Assembly (NCBI GenBank): GCA_944372585.1
Contig: CALVZQ010000001.1
Location: forward strand, 136,645 to 200,644
Direction: 5' to 3'
DNA from: an uncultured Clostridia bacterium
GTDB taxonomy: Bacteria > Bacillota > Clostridia > Christensenellales > UBA1242
DNA: 64,000 nucleotides
Shown here: positions 38,774 through 47,809 of the stretch, piece after piece
Layout of the letters: the number at the start of each line of letters is the position of its first letter
How positions within the stretch are numbered: the stretch's first letter is position 1
The notes under the pieces: generated by a model
Databases searched by the model: none
Seen by the model: the letters and a program-made list of their open reading frames with translations, nothing else
Told to the model about the DNA's origin: nothing
Program-made: the position numbers and the translations under genes

Positions 38774-41125
38774 ATGATTTTTAAAAAATTTTTTAACAAA
38801 AATGCAGAACTTGTTGATAAGTTTGCAAGAGAATTTAATGTTTTGCCTTCAACAATGTATTTGATTTTATCAAGAGGATATTCAAGCAAAGAAGAGATTT
38901 CGAACTACTTATCCACTGGACAACTTTTGGATCCGTTTCTTATCAGAAACATGAAGCAATTATGCGACCGAATACATTTGGCAAAACAATTGGGCGACAA
39001 AGTCCTTATTTTTGGTGATTATGATGTTGATGGGGTGAGTGCCACTGCCATTATGCTTAAAACACTCAAAAAAATTGGTATTGATGCTGATTATTATCTC
39101 CCCAACCGTTATATTGATGGTTATGGTTTGACGTGTGATTGCATTGATAAAATTGAAAAACAATTTGCACCTGATTTGATAATCACAGTTGACTGTGGGA
39201 TTTCTTGTCATAATGAAGTAGAATATGCGAAAAAAAGGGGAATTGAAATTATTGTCACTGATCATCATGAAATTCCAGAAATCTTGCCGGATACAATTGT
39301 TCTTAATGCAAAAATTGAGGGGCAAGAATATCCTTTCAGAGAACTTTGTGGAACTGGACTTGCATATAAAATTTGCGAAGCACTTTTGGGACAGAAAAAA
39401 GCAGAAGAATTTTTGCCTATAGCTGCCATTGCAACAATTGCAGATATAGTTTCTCTGACGGGAGAAAATCGGAATATCGTCAAAAGGGGACTGAAAAGTT
39501 TTGACAAACTTCCTTTTGGTCTCAAGATGTTGTTAAAAGAAAACAAAGTGTCTTTGACCAACCCTTCTTCCACAGATATTGCATTCAAAATTGCACCAAA
39601 AATTAATTCTTCTGGAAGAATGGGTGATGCTGGTGACAGTTTGGCGATTTATATGAGTGAAGATCCTGTTACTGTCAAAAAATACCTTGAAAAAATCAAA
39701 GAACACAACACAAAAAGACAAGAACTTAGCTCAAAAATTTTGCAAGATTGTGAAAACGCTATCGCAAAAATGGATCTTTCTAAAACAAGAGTAATTTGTC
39801 TTGCATCAAAAAAATGGGATCAGGGAATTTTGGGCATCGCTTGTGCCAGGTTGGTGGAAGAATATAACAGACCGGTGTTTTTGTTTTCGCAAGTTGGAGA
39901 TGTTTTGCATGGTTCTGGAAGAAGCATTGATGACATCAATATTCACGAACTTTTGTCTTCACTTCAAGACATTTTGGAAACATTTGGTGGTCATACTATG
40001 GCTGCTGGTTTGACGCTTAAAAGAGAAAACTATGAAGATTTTTGCAACCGTGTCAATGCATTTGTTTTTGAAAAAGTGAATGATAAGGCATTCATTCCAA
40101 TAAAATATTATGATCTGGAAATCAAGGGCGAAGATGTGACTGAAAGGTTTTTGAGTGAACTTAATCTTCTTGAACCATTTGGTTGTGGAAATGCAAGACC
40201 AAAATTTAAGATTTCCACTGATCATGTCGAAATTTTGCCTAGGAAATATTCTCCAGCACATTGTGACATCAAAATTGGAAATTTGCAACTTGTATATTTC
40301 AATTTCACAAAAAAATATAACGCTCTTAAATTTGCACGTTACAAGTCTTTCATCTTTGAATTTCAGGGTGGAGGAAAAAATGGCATTGTCAGTGATTTTG
40401 ATGCTGGAAGTTTTATTTCTGCAAATGCACATATGTTCACTTATCCAATGCAATATCAACAACTGCTCTATGAAGATGACAGACCATCAAAATTTTCTTA
40501 TTATCCTCAAAACGAATTGTTGAATTTTGTTGCAAGCACACAAAGTGGTGTTTTTGGCACCGCTTTTGTGGCGTATTCAGCTTATGATTTTGTCAATTTT
40601 TTGAAGGAATATTCAAAAGAAAACATTTATCACATTGGAATATGTGATGAAAATTGCATAGGGTACAACAGTGTTCTGCTTTCTCCAAAAGGCACAGATT
40701 GGGCAAGAAATTTTGGGCGAATCATTTTTCTTTCACCAGTTTTAGATGAGGGGTTTGTTGCGGAGTTAAACCAAATCACCAATGCAGAAATCTATTTGCC
40801 AATGGAGAGAGAGGTTGACATTCAAAGATTTTCATACCTTGATTTATCAAGAGAAACATTTGGTAGAGCATTCAAATCCATGGTTGCAAAGAATTATTCA
40901 AAATATTATTCAATCTTTGACATTTTTCAACAAAAATTGATTGGAAAAATGGGATTTGACAGTTTTTATGTCGCATATTTGGTGTTTGAGCAATTGGGAC
41001 TTATTAAAACAGAATACGATACTTTTATGCATATTTCGCAAAATAAAAACATTAAAAAATCCTTGACAGAGTCGGCACTTTATAATAAACTTTTATTGTT
41101 AAAAAATTCTTTGGAGAAGAAATGA
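38774..41125 (+). CDS. recJ: single-stranded-DNA-specific exonuclease RecJ
   Basis: DHH-family motifs GDYDVDGVSA, VDCG, TDHH and GGHTMAAG. Confidence 0.93.
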   Translation: MIFKKFFNKNAELVDKFAREFNVLPSTMYLILSRGYSSKEEISNYLSTGQLLDPFLIRNMKQLCDRIHLAKQLGDKVLIFGDYDVDGVSATAIMLKTLKKIGIDADYYLPNRYIDGYGLTCDCIDKIEKQFAPDLIITVDCGISCHNEVEYAKKRGIEIIVTDHHEIPEILPDTIVLNAKIEGQEYPFRELCGTGLAYKICEALLGQKKAEEFLPIAAIATIADIVSLTGENRNIVKRGLKSFDKLPFGLKMLLKENKVSLTNPSSTDIAFKIAPKINSSGRMGDAGDSLAIYMSEDPVTVKKYLEKIKEHNTKRQELSSKILQDCENAIAKMDLSKTRVICLASKKWDQGILGIACARLVEEYNRPVFLFSQVGDVLHGSGRSIDDINIHELLSSLQDILETFGGHTMAAGLTLKRENYEDFCNRVNAFVFEKVNDKAFIPIKYYDLEIKGEDVTERFLSELNLLEPFGCGNARPKFKISTDHVEILPRKYSPAHCDIKIGNLQLVYFNFTKKYNALKFARYKSFIFEFQGGGKNGIVSDFDAGSFISANAHMFTYPMQYQQLLYEDDRPSKFSYYPQNELLNFVASTQSGVFGTAFVAYSAYDFVNFLKEYSKENIYHIGICDENCIGYNSVLLSPKGTDWARNFGRIIFLSPVLDEGFVAELNQITNAEIYLPMEREVDIQRFSYLDLSRETFGRAFKSMVAKNYSKYYSIFDIFQQKLIGKMGFDSFYVAYLVFEQLGLIKTEYDTFMHISQNKNIKKSLTESALYNKLLLLKNSLEKK

Positions 41126-43203
41126 AAGACAAAATTTTGGAAAAAATTTATAAAAATTTCAAATTGACAGAAAAAGAGAAAAAACTTGTCGAAACATGTT
41201 TGTCAGAAGAAATGAAGTTGGAAAGACTCAACGTTGTGATTGACACAATGATTGAATATCACATTCAAGATGAGGTTCTTGTGGCTTACATTCTTTTTCA
41301 ATGTTTCAAAATTGATGAAGAGACCGCAAACAAATTTGAAGACAATCTGAACAAAAATCAAAAAAAGTTATATGAAATTTTCAAAATTTTGAGAGATGTG
41401 AGAGTTTTTTCAAAAAATGGCGAAGCAGAAGATATCAGGCATATGTTTATTGCCATATGTCAAGATATGCGAGTCGTGATCATCAAATTTGCCACCATTT
41501 TGTTTGATCTGAAACTTATCAAAAATCCTATGTCGGAAGAAGATCGTGCTTTTGTCAAAATGGTCAGCGAAATTTTTGCACCTCTTGCCGAAAGACTTGG
41601 ACTTTCAAAATTTAAGTCGGCTTTTGAGGACTATTGTTTTGAACTTTTGGAACCCAAAGCATATGAAGAACTTAAGAACAATGCTTTGATGAAGACGGAA
41701 GACAATCAAAAGCAAATTGAAATCACCAAAAAGAAGTTGCAACAAATTCTCGCTGAAATTGGTGTCAAAGGAGAAATTCAGTCAAGACAAAAACACTTTT
41801 ATTCTGTTTATAAAAAATTGGTAAAGAAAAACATCACTCTTGGCAAGGTTTACGATTTGGTTGCGATGAGAGTTCTTGTTCCAACGGTCGAAGATTGTTA
41901 TGCTGTTCTTGGAAAAATTCATGCAATATACAAGCCTATTCAAGGGAGAGTGAAAGATTATATTGCAAATCCGAAACCAAATGGTTATCAAAGTTTGCAT
42001 ACAACTATTGTTGCGGACAATAATCGTCCTCTTGAAATTCAAATACGAACATTTGAAATGCATAAACAATCAGAATATGGTGTTGCAGCCCATTGGATAT
42101 ATAAAGAAAGACGAGGACAAAACAAGTTCGATCAAAAAATGAGTTGGTTCAGACAAATGCTTGACAGCACCAACGAACTTTCTTCAGAAGAATTTTTGGA
42201 AACCTTGAAGGTCGATCTATATGGAGAAGCCATTGTTGTTCAGACTCCAAAAGGCAAAGTTTTGGAATTTCCTCTTGGTGCAACTGCGATTGACTTTGCT
42301 TACGCCATTCACTCAGAAGTTGGAAATTCTTGTGTTGGAGCAAAAATCAACGGAAAAATTGTTCCAATCACAACAGAACTTTCAAATGGTGATGTTGTCG
42401 AAATCTTGACCAATCAAAACAGCAAGGGACCATCAAGAGATTGGCTTTCACATGTCAAAACTTCAAATGCCAGAGCAAAAATTCGTGCATTTTTCAAGAG
42501 TGAGCTCAAAGAAGAAAACATAAGAATTGGAAAAGCAATCTTGGAACAGGCTGTCAAGGCCAGAAATTTGAATATTTCAAAAATTTTGAAGGAAGAATAT
42601 TTGCTCGAAATTGCAAAAACCATGATGATTGAAGAACTTGATGGTCTTTATGCAGAAATTGGTGCGGGAAGTCTTTCGGCAAACAATGTTGTGGGTCGAC
42701 TTGTCAACCTTTACAACAAACAAAAAACTCTCGAGATCAAAGAAAACAGAATCACTGTCAAAAGAAACAAAGAGGGGATTTTGGTTGATGGAGACAGTGG
42801 ACTTTTGGTCAGATATGCTGGTTGCTGCACTCCTGTCACTGGAGATGAGATAATTGGTTATATCTCAAGAGGGAAAGGTGTCACAATTCACAGAAAAGGT
42901 TGTCAAAATTTGAAATATCTTGAGCCTGAAAGATTGATAAGAGCAGAGTGGCAAGACAGTTTGGTTTCTGATTTTATTGCAGTGATCAAAGTTCATGCAG
43001 AAAACAAAAATTCTGTGATCAATGCCTTCAACAACACAGCACGTGATTTGAAATCAAAACTTAAAGGATTTGGTTATAAAGAAATCAAAGGAGAGCTGGT
43101 TTTTGAGATTGTTGTTCAGATTTCAAACAAGTCTGAAATCGAAAAAATCATCAACAGTTTTGAGTCAATAAAAGATGTGAGAAAAGTTTATAGGAGCGAG
43201 TAG
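41122..43203 (+). CDS. relA: long RelA/SpoT homologue: (p)ppGpp synthetase with TGS and ACT domains; the hydrolase (HD) motifs appear degenerate
   Basis: Synthetase core (YDLVAMRVLV, GRVKDYIANPKPNGYQSLHT, EIQIRTFEMH), a TGS domain and a C-terminal ACT-like domain. ATGA overlap with the recJ stop. Confidence 0.9.
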   Translation: MKDKILEKIYKNFKLTEKEKKLVETCLSEEMKLERLNVVIDTMIEYHIQDEVLVAYILFQCFKIDEETANKFEDNLNKNQKKLYEIFKILRDVRVFSKNGEAEDIRHMFIAICQDMRVVIIKFATILFDLKLIKNPMSEEDRAFVKMVSEIFAPLAERLGLSKFKSAFEDYCFELLEPKAYEELKNNALMKTEDNQKQIEITKKKLQQILAEIGVKGEIQSRQKHFYSVYKKLVKKNITLGKVYDLVAMRVLVPTVEDCYAVLGKIHAIYKPIQGRVKDYIANPKPNGYQSLHTTIVADNNRPLEIQIRTFEMHKQSEYGVAAHWIYKERRGQNKFDQKMSWFRQMLDSTNELSSEEFLETLKVDLYGEAIVVQTPKGKVLEFPLGATAIDFAYAIHSEVGNSCVGAKINGKIVPITTELSNGDVVEILTNQNSKGPSRDWLSHVKTSNARAKIRAFFKSELKEENIRIGKAILEQAVKARNLNISKILKEEYLLEIAKTMMIEELDGLYAEIGAGSLSANNVVGRLVNLYNKQKTLEIKENRITVKRNKEGILVDGDSGLLVRYAGCCTPVTGDEIIGYISRGKGVTIHRKGCQNLKYLEPERLIRAEWQDSLVSDFIAVIKVHAENKNSVINAFNNTARDLKSKLKGFGYKEIKGELVFEIVVQISNKSEIEKIINSFESIKDVRKVYRSE

Positions 43204-44609
43204 TGAAAATTTTGTGCAACAATGTGGATCTGGAAAAAGACATGCAAGATTTGGTCAATCTTTTCTTTGATGAAGAAGATTGTCCTTTCTCTGTGGAACA
43301 TAAACTTGAAAACAATGGGATTGATTACATAAGCACAATTTTTGTTGGTTCTGGAGACAGCGCAAAAAAGTATGTCAAAACGTTTTCCATAAGTGTTGCT
43401 TCAAACGATTTGCAAAAGAAAAGTTTGTTGAAAAGACATTGCAAGAATCATTTGTATGAAGTTCTCAGTTTTGTCTCCAAAAAATCTTTGCCATGGGGTT
43501 CGCTCACAGGAGTCAGGCCAACCAAATTTGCAAGAGATTTGGTGGAAAGAGGAGAAATCAAACCTCATCTTATTTCAGAAGTCTTGGTGAGAGACTATCA
43601 TGTCAGCAATGAGAAAGCAAAACTCGTTGTTCAAATTTTGAAAAATCAAAAGTGCATCATCAAAAATGACAAACTTCTTGACTTGTTCATCAACATTCCA
43701 ATTTGTCCAACTAGATGCAATTATTGCTCTTTCATTTCCAACGAACTTTGCACTGTTGCTGACAAGGTTGACACTTATCTTGATTGTGTTTTGAAAGAAT
43801 TGGAAGCGGTCAAGAAAGTCATTTCTGAACAGTCATACATAGTCCGAACGGTTTATATTGGTGGGGGAACTCCAACAGTCTTGTCGGCGGAACAACTTGA
43901 AAAACTTTTGTCACAGATCAATTATCCTGTCACTGAGTTCACCGTTGAATGTGGTCGCGCTGACACAATAACAAGAGAGAAGTTGGAAGTTTTGAAAAAA
44001 TATGGTGTTTCTCGTATCTCGATCAATCCTGAGACATTTTGTGAGACCACTTTGAAAAGAATCGGCAGAAAGACAACAAACAAACAAGTTCTTGATGCAT
44101 ATATGCTTGCCATGGAATATGACTTTGTGGTGAATATGGACATTATTGCAGGTCTCACGGGAGAAAGATTTGGAATTTTCAAAAGGACAATAAACACTCT
44201 TTTGGAAATGAATCCACACAACATCACTGTTCACACACTTTCTGTGAAAAATGCGTCGCAAATTCGTGGGGAGGAGATTAAATTCAAAAATGATGTGCCA
44301 AAAATGATTGACTTTGCTGAGAAAACATTGATTGAGAATGGATATAAGCCATATTATCTTTATCGTCAAAAACATCAAATTGCAGGGTTGGAAAATGTTG
44401 GTTATTTCAGAGATGACAATGTTTGCATTTTCAATATTGACAGCATGGAAGACACATCTTCTGTCATCGCAATCGGTGCGGGAGCAATTTCGAAGAGGGT
44501 TTTCAATCTTGAAAATCGCATTGAACGTCAACCAAATTGCAAATTTATCAATGATTACATCTTGAGAATTGATGAAATGATCAAGAAAAAGGTCGAATTT
44601 TTCTCATAA
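43203..44609 (+). CDS. hemZ: HemN/HemZ-family radical SAM protein (oxygen-independent coproporphyrinogen-III oxidase-like)
   Basis: CxxxCxxC (CPTRCNYCSF), an N-terminal extension with PWGSLTGVRPTK typical of HemZ, and a GTG start with AGGAG upstream. Confidence 0.78.
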   Translation: MKILCNNVDLEKDMQDLVNLFFDEEDCPFSVEHKLENNGIDYISTIFVGSGDSAKKYVKTFSISVASNDLQKKSLLKRHCKNHLYEVLSFVSKKSLPWGSLTGVRPTKFARDLVERGEIKPHLISEVLVRDYHVSNEKAKLVVQILKNQKCIIKNDKLLDLFINIPICPTRCNYCSFISNELCTVADKVDTYLDCVLKELEAVKKVISEQSYIVRTVYIGGGTPTVLSAEQLEKLLSQINYPVTEFTVECGRADTITREKLEVLKKYGVSRISINPETFCETTLKRIGRKTTNKQVLDAYMLAMEYDFVVNMDIIAGLTGERFGIFKRTINTLLEMNPHNITVHTLSVKNASQIRGEEIKFKNDVPKMIDFAEKTLIENGYKPYYLYRQKHQIAGLENVGYFRDDNVCIFNIDSMEDTSSVIAIGAGAISKRVFNLENRIERQPNCKFINDYILRIDEMIKKKVEFFS

Positions 44610-44675
44610 TCAAAATTTGTTGATTTTTTTTGAAAATATTTTGGGAAAAATGTAATTTCTTGTTATAATAGAAAT

Positions 44676-47312
44676 ATGAAAAAGGTCCTCTTCGCTTTTT
44701 TGTTCGTCATTTTGGGTTTGTCACTCACAGCAAGTGGGACCTTTTTGTTTGTCGGGTGCTCCAATTCTCAATCAGAAAATGGTGATGGTGAAACTTCAAA
44801 TCCAGAAGAAAATGATCCAAGCCAAAGTGAAGATGAAGAAATTGCTGGAGATGTAACGGAATACAATATCAGTGTTTACTTATATAATTATGTAGGTTCG
44901 CCATCTTACAATGTTTATTTACGTTTTAGTGTGAGCGCAGGACATAGTGCTTCAGGCACATATTATTCCAAAAGTTCATCTTCTTCAACTTACACAGTCA
45001 CCACAGTTTCCAACAACACATCTTCTTCTGTAAGATACTTTAATGGTGCATCTTTGGGCTCTTTAACATCTAGCAACAGGACGGTTTCTGGTTCTTGGTA
45101 TGGTCCTTCCGGAGGATATGTTGGCGTTAGTTTATATTTTTTTGTTTCCAGCAGTTCTTTATATTACGCTGCAGATGTGTCTGTTAGCACTGACGGGTGG
45201 TATGATTATGCGGTGACAACACCAACAACATATTCATCAGGTGGGAGTTTTTATCAAAGCCTTTATCCGACAACTAGTCCAAAAGATGCATATGTTTCTG
45301 TTGCTGCGGCACAATTTTATGCAAAAACGCTCAACGCCAATGGTGGAACACTTGCTGCCAGCAGTTTTGGAGGATCGTCAACTTACACTTACTACAAAAG
45401 ATATGGCTCTTCAATTTCTATTTATTTCACGTCTTGCACAAGGACTGGATACACTTTTTTGGGATATAACACAAGTTCGACAGCCACAACGGTGTCTTAT
45501 TCTGGAGGCACCAATTATACATTGACATCCAATTCAAATCAGACCTTTTATGCTGTGTGGCAAATAAACACATACAGGTTGACCATAAATTATTATGGAG
45601 GAACGGACCGGCAAAGCAACGCAACAGATTTGGAAGTTTATGGGGTCACTCTTTCTTCAGGTGAACAGACCATAATTGCTCATACCTACACGACAACAAA
45701 CCAAACATTCACTTTCACCTTGTCCAACGGATCATATGATTATTACATGAGAACAGGAAGTGAGCCTACAACATCATCATACACACAACTTTATGACTCG
45801 TCTTCGGATTCTTACACATATTCCTGGAAACCAACATCAAGTGTGACACTTAATGTGTACGTGAAACAGCGGTATACGATAAGTTTTAATGCGAATAATG
45901 GAAGCGGAACAACTCCAAGTAGCATTTATAAGATACACGGAACGGCAGTCACCTTGCCAGATAATGACTTGACCAGGACAGGATTCACTGCAAACGGTTG
46001 GAACACAAACAGTTCTGGAACGGGAACGGCTTACAGTTCGGGTGGAAGTTATTCCACAAATGCAACTGACACGTTGTATGCAGATTGGACAGCAAAAACT
46101 TTAACAGTTAGAGTACGACTCAAGGCATCAACAGACGGTTCGACATTCAGCAATTCAAATGCAGGTGGAACAACAACAGTTAGGTATTATTACAGTAGTA
46201 ACAACTCTGTGTATTCAGGATCTGTAAGTGTGACAGGATCGTCATTGACAACGGTGGCATCAAATGCGTTGGCAGGTTATTCTGTCGTATTCACGCCAAC
46301 GGCTAATAGTGGATATGTCTATCTTGGAGTGACCACAAGCAGTACGACAGCGCCAAGCAGTCAGTCAACTTCTGTCACACCAACGACCGCAGGAGGCACA
46401 TACACATATTATTTATATTTCAAGGTGAAGTCATCTTTTGAATTGAAATATGACAGTGCAGATGATTATTTCTATTTTGAGAATGGAGTGTTTCCACAAA
46501 GTTATGTTGGAACATCAATGAATAGCACACTCACAACCGCATATAGCAATGGAAATACAACACAAAGCGGAAGAATACAATATAACAATGGTTTATCAAC
46601 TCCATATATATACATATACACATACAACAGCAATAGGTATGCAAGGGTGCAGGCAACCAGCACGCAGACACTCACAATGAGCAATGGAACATTCACATTC
46701 AACAGTGGGACGTATTATTGGTTTGAAGTTGAGCCAATCAGGTGGCGGTTGAGCAACTATGGAGTGTCCAGCACATCGTATCCGAGTGGTTGGAGCACAT
46801 TTGGGACTTACAAGACGAACTTCTCAGTTGTAAGTGACAGGGTGTTGATGATTGGGGCAGTTGAGAATGCAAGCAGTGTGACAGAAGGTTGGGCATACAC
46901 AAGCAGTGACCTATACACCAACACGTCAAGATTCAGCAACGGGGCTTCGACCAACAATTTCTTCGCAGAAGTGTCATCTGGGACAGTTTCAGGGTACAAC
47001 TACAAATTTGGAGATGCGGGGCAACAAGTCAAGGTTGAAAGTGTGTCATCATCACTAAGTGGGATAAGGGTAGCATCAATTGAAGAGATAGATGACTATA
47101 CATCAGACTTTTCAGCGAAGGCAAGTGACATGGTTTGTTTGTTGCTTGGGTGTGGAACAGACGAATTTGTGGACTATTGGACAAGAAATTTGGGAACAGG
47201 ACTGGGCAATGGACAGATAATCACAAAGGCTGGAGAAGAGAAATCGACATGGTTGAACACTTTGAAGGGAGTCAGATTTGCTGTGACAATGCCTAGTGGA
47301 AGCAGAGTTTAA
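44676..47312 (+). CDS. Ser/Thr/Tyr-rich surface lipoprotein with two Listeria-Bacteroides (Flg_new) repeats and a DUF6273-like C-terminal domain
   Basis: Lipobox LFVG-C-S. Flg_new motifs (TRTGYTFLGYNT...FYAVW and LTRTGFTANGWNT...LYADWT). C-terminal WFEVEPIRWRL ... YWTRN pattern. Confidence 0.8.
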   Translation: MKKVLFAFLFVILGLSLTASGTFLFVGCSNSQSENGDGETSNPEENDPSQSEDEEIAGDVTEYNISVYLYNYVGSPSYNVYLRFSVSAGHSASGTYYSKSSSSSTYTVTTVSNNTSSSVRYFNGASLGSLTSSNRTVSGSWYGPSGGYVGVSLYFFVSSSSLYYAADVSVSTDGWYDYAVTTPTTYSSGGSFYQSLYPTTSPKDAYVSVAAAQFYAKTLNANGGTLAASSFGGSSTYTYYKRYGSSISIYFTSCTRTGYTFLGYNTSSTATTVSYSGGTNYTLTSNSNQTFYAVWQINTYRLTINYYGGTDRQSNATDLEVYGVTLSSGEQTIIAHTYTTTNQTFTFTLSNGSYDYYMRTGSEPTTSSYTQLYDSSSDSYTYSWKPTSSVTLNVYVKQRYTISFNANNGSGTTPSSIYKIHGTAVTLPDNDLTRTGFTANGWNTNSSGTGTAYSSGGSYSTNATDTLYADWTAKTLTVRVRLKASTDGSTFSNSNAGGTTTVRYYYSSNNSVYSGSVSVTGSSLTTVASNALAGYSVVFTPTANSGYVYLGVTTSSTTAPSSQSTSVTPTTAGGTYTYYLYFKVKSSFELKYDSADDYFYFENGVFPQSYVGTSMNSTLTTAYSNGNTTQSGRIQYNNGLSTPYIYIYTYNSNRYARVQATSTQTLTMSNGTFTFNSGTYYWFEVEPIRWRLSNYGVSSTSYPSGWSTFGTYKTNFSVVSDRVLMIGAVENASSVTEGWAYTSSDLYTNTSRFSNGASTNNFFAEVSSGTVSGYNYKFGDAGQQVKVESVSSSLSGIRVASIEEIDDYTSDFSAKASDMVCLLLGCGTDEFVDYWTRNLGTGLGNGQIITKAGEEKSTWLNTLKGVRFAVTMPSGSRV

Positions 47313-47361
47313 AAAAAAGTAAAGGTTTTTGCGAAAGATATGATAAATTTTGTAAAAATTC

Positions 47362-47390
47362 TTTACTTTTTTTATGTCATGTGATATAAT
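47362..47390 (+). promoter_or_regulatory. promoter of rpsO-pnp, followed by a leader of roughly 80 nt
   Basis: TTTACT (47362-47367), 17-nt spacer, TGaTATAAT (47382-47390). Confidence 0.45.
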
Positions 47391-47478
47391 TGCTCTGTCG
47401 ATAAACTTAAACATAGTTTCTGGGATTCCTTCGACCCGTTGCTCTGTTTAGGCGGTTTAAATTTTTATGGAGGAAATC

Positions 47479-47748
47479 ATGGATAAACAAAGAAAAAGCG
47501 AAATCATTGCTCAGTTCAAACAATCTGAACAAGACACTGGTTCTGTTCAAGTTCAAATTGCACTTTTGACTGAAAGAATCAATCACTTGACTGAACACTT
47601 GAAAACCAACAAAAAAGACAATCATTCAAGAAGAGGTCTTTTGATGATGGTTGGAAAGAGAAAAGGCTTTTTGCAATATCTCAAAAACAAAGATATTGAA
47701 GCTTATAGAAAGCTTATCAAAGAACTTAACATCAGAGAAATTAAATAA
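47479..47748 (+). CDS. rpsO: 30S ribosomal protein S15
   Basis: 89 aa with [22 protein letters not shown]...HSRRGLL. GGAGG precedes the ATG at 47479. Confidence 0.95.
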   Translation: MDKQRKSEIIAQFKQSEQDTGSVQVQIALLTERINHLTEHLKTNKKDNHSRRGLLMMVGKRKGFLQYLKNKDIEAYRKLIKELNIREIK

Positions 47749-47753
47749 TTTTT

Positions 47754-47782
47754 GGGGGAGGTGTTTTTTGCTCCCCTTTTTT
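47754..47782 (+). terminator. attenuating hairpin between rpsO and pnp
   Basis: GGGGAG / CTCCCC stem with a 10-nt loop, followed by T6. Confidence 0.65.
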
Positions 47783-47809
47783 CAATCTTTGCATAATTTG
47801 GAGTGTGTT

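Noticed and set aside
47651-47809. Upstream extension of the pnp ORF that overlaps rpsO.
   Set aside because: It would read through the rpsO stop and terminator hairpin. The conserved PNPase N-terminus starts at MEYKKY (47810).
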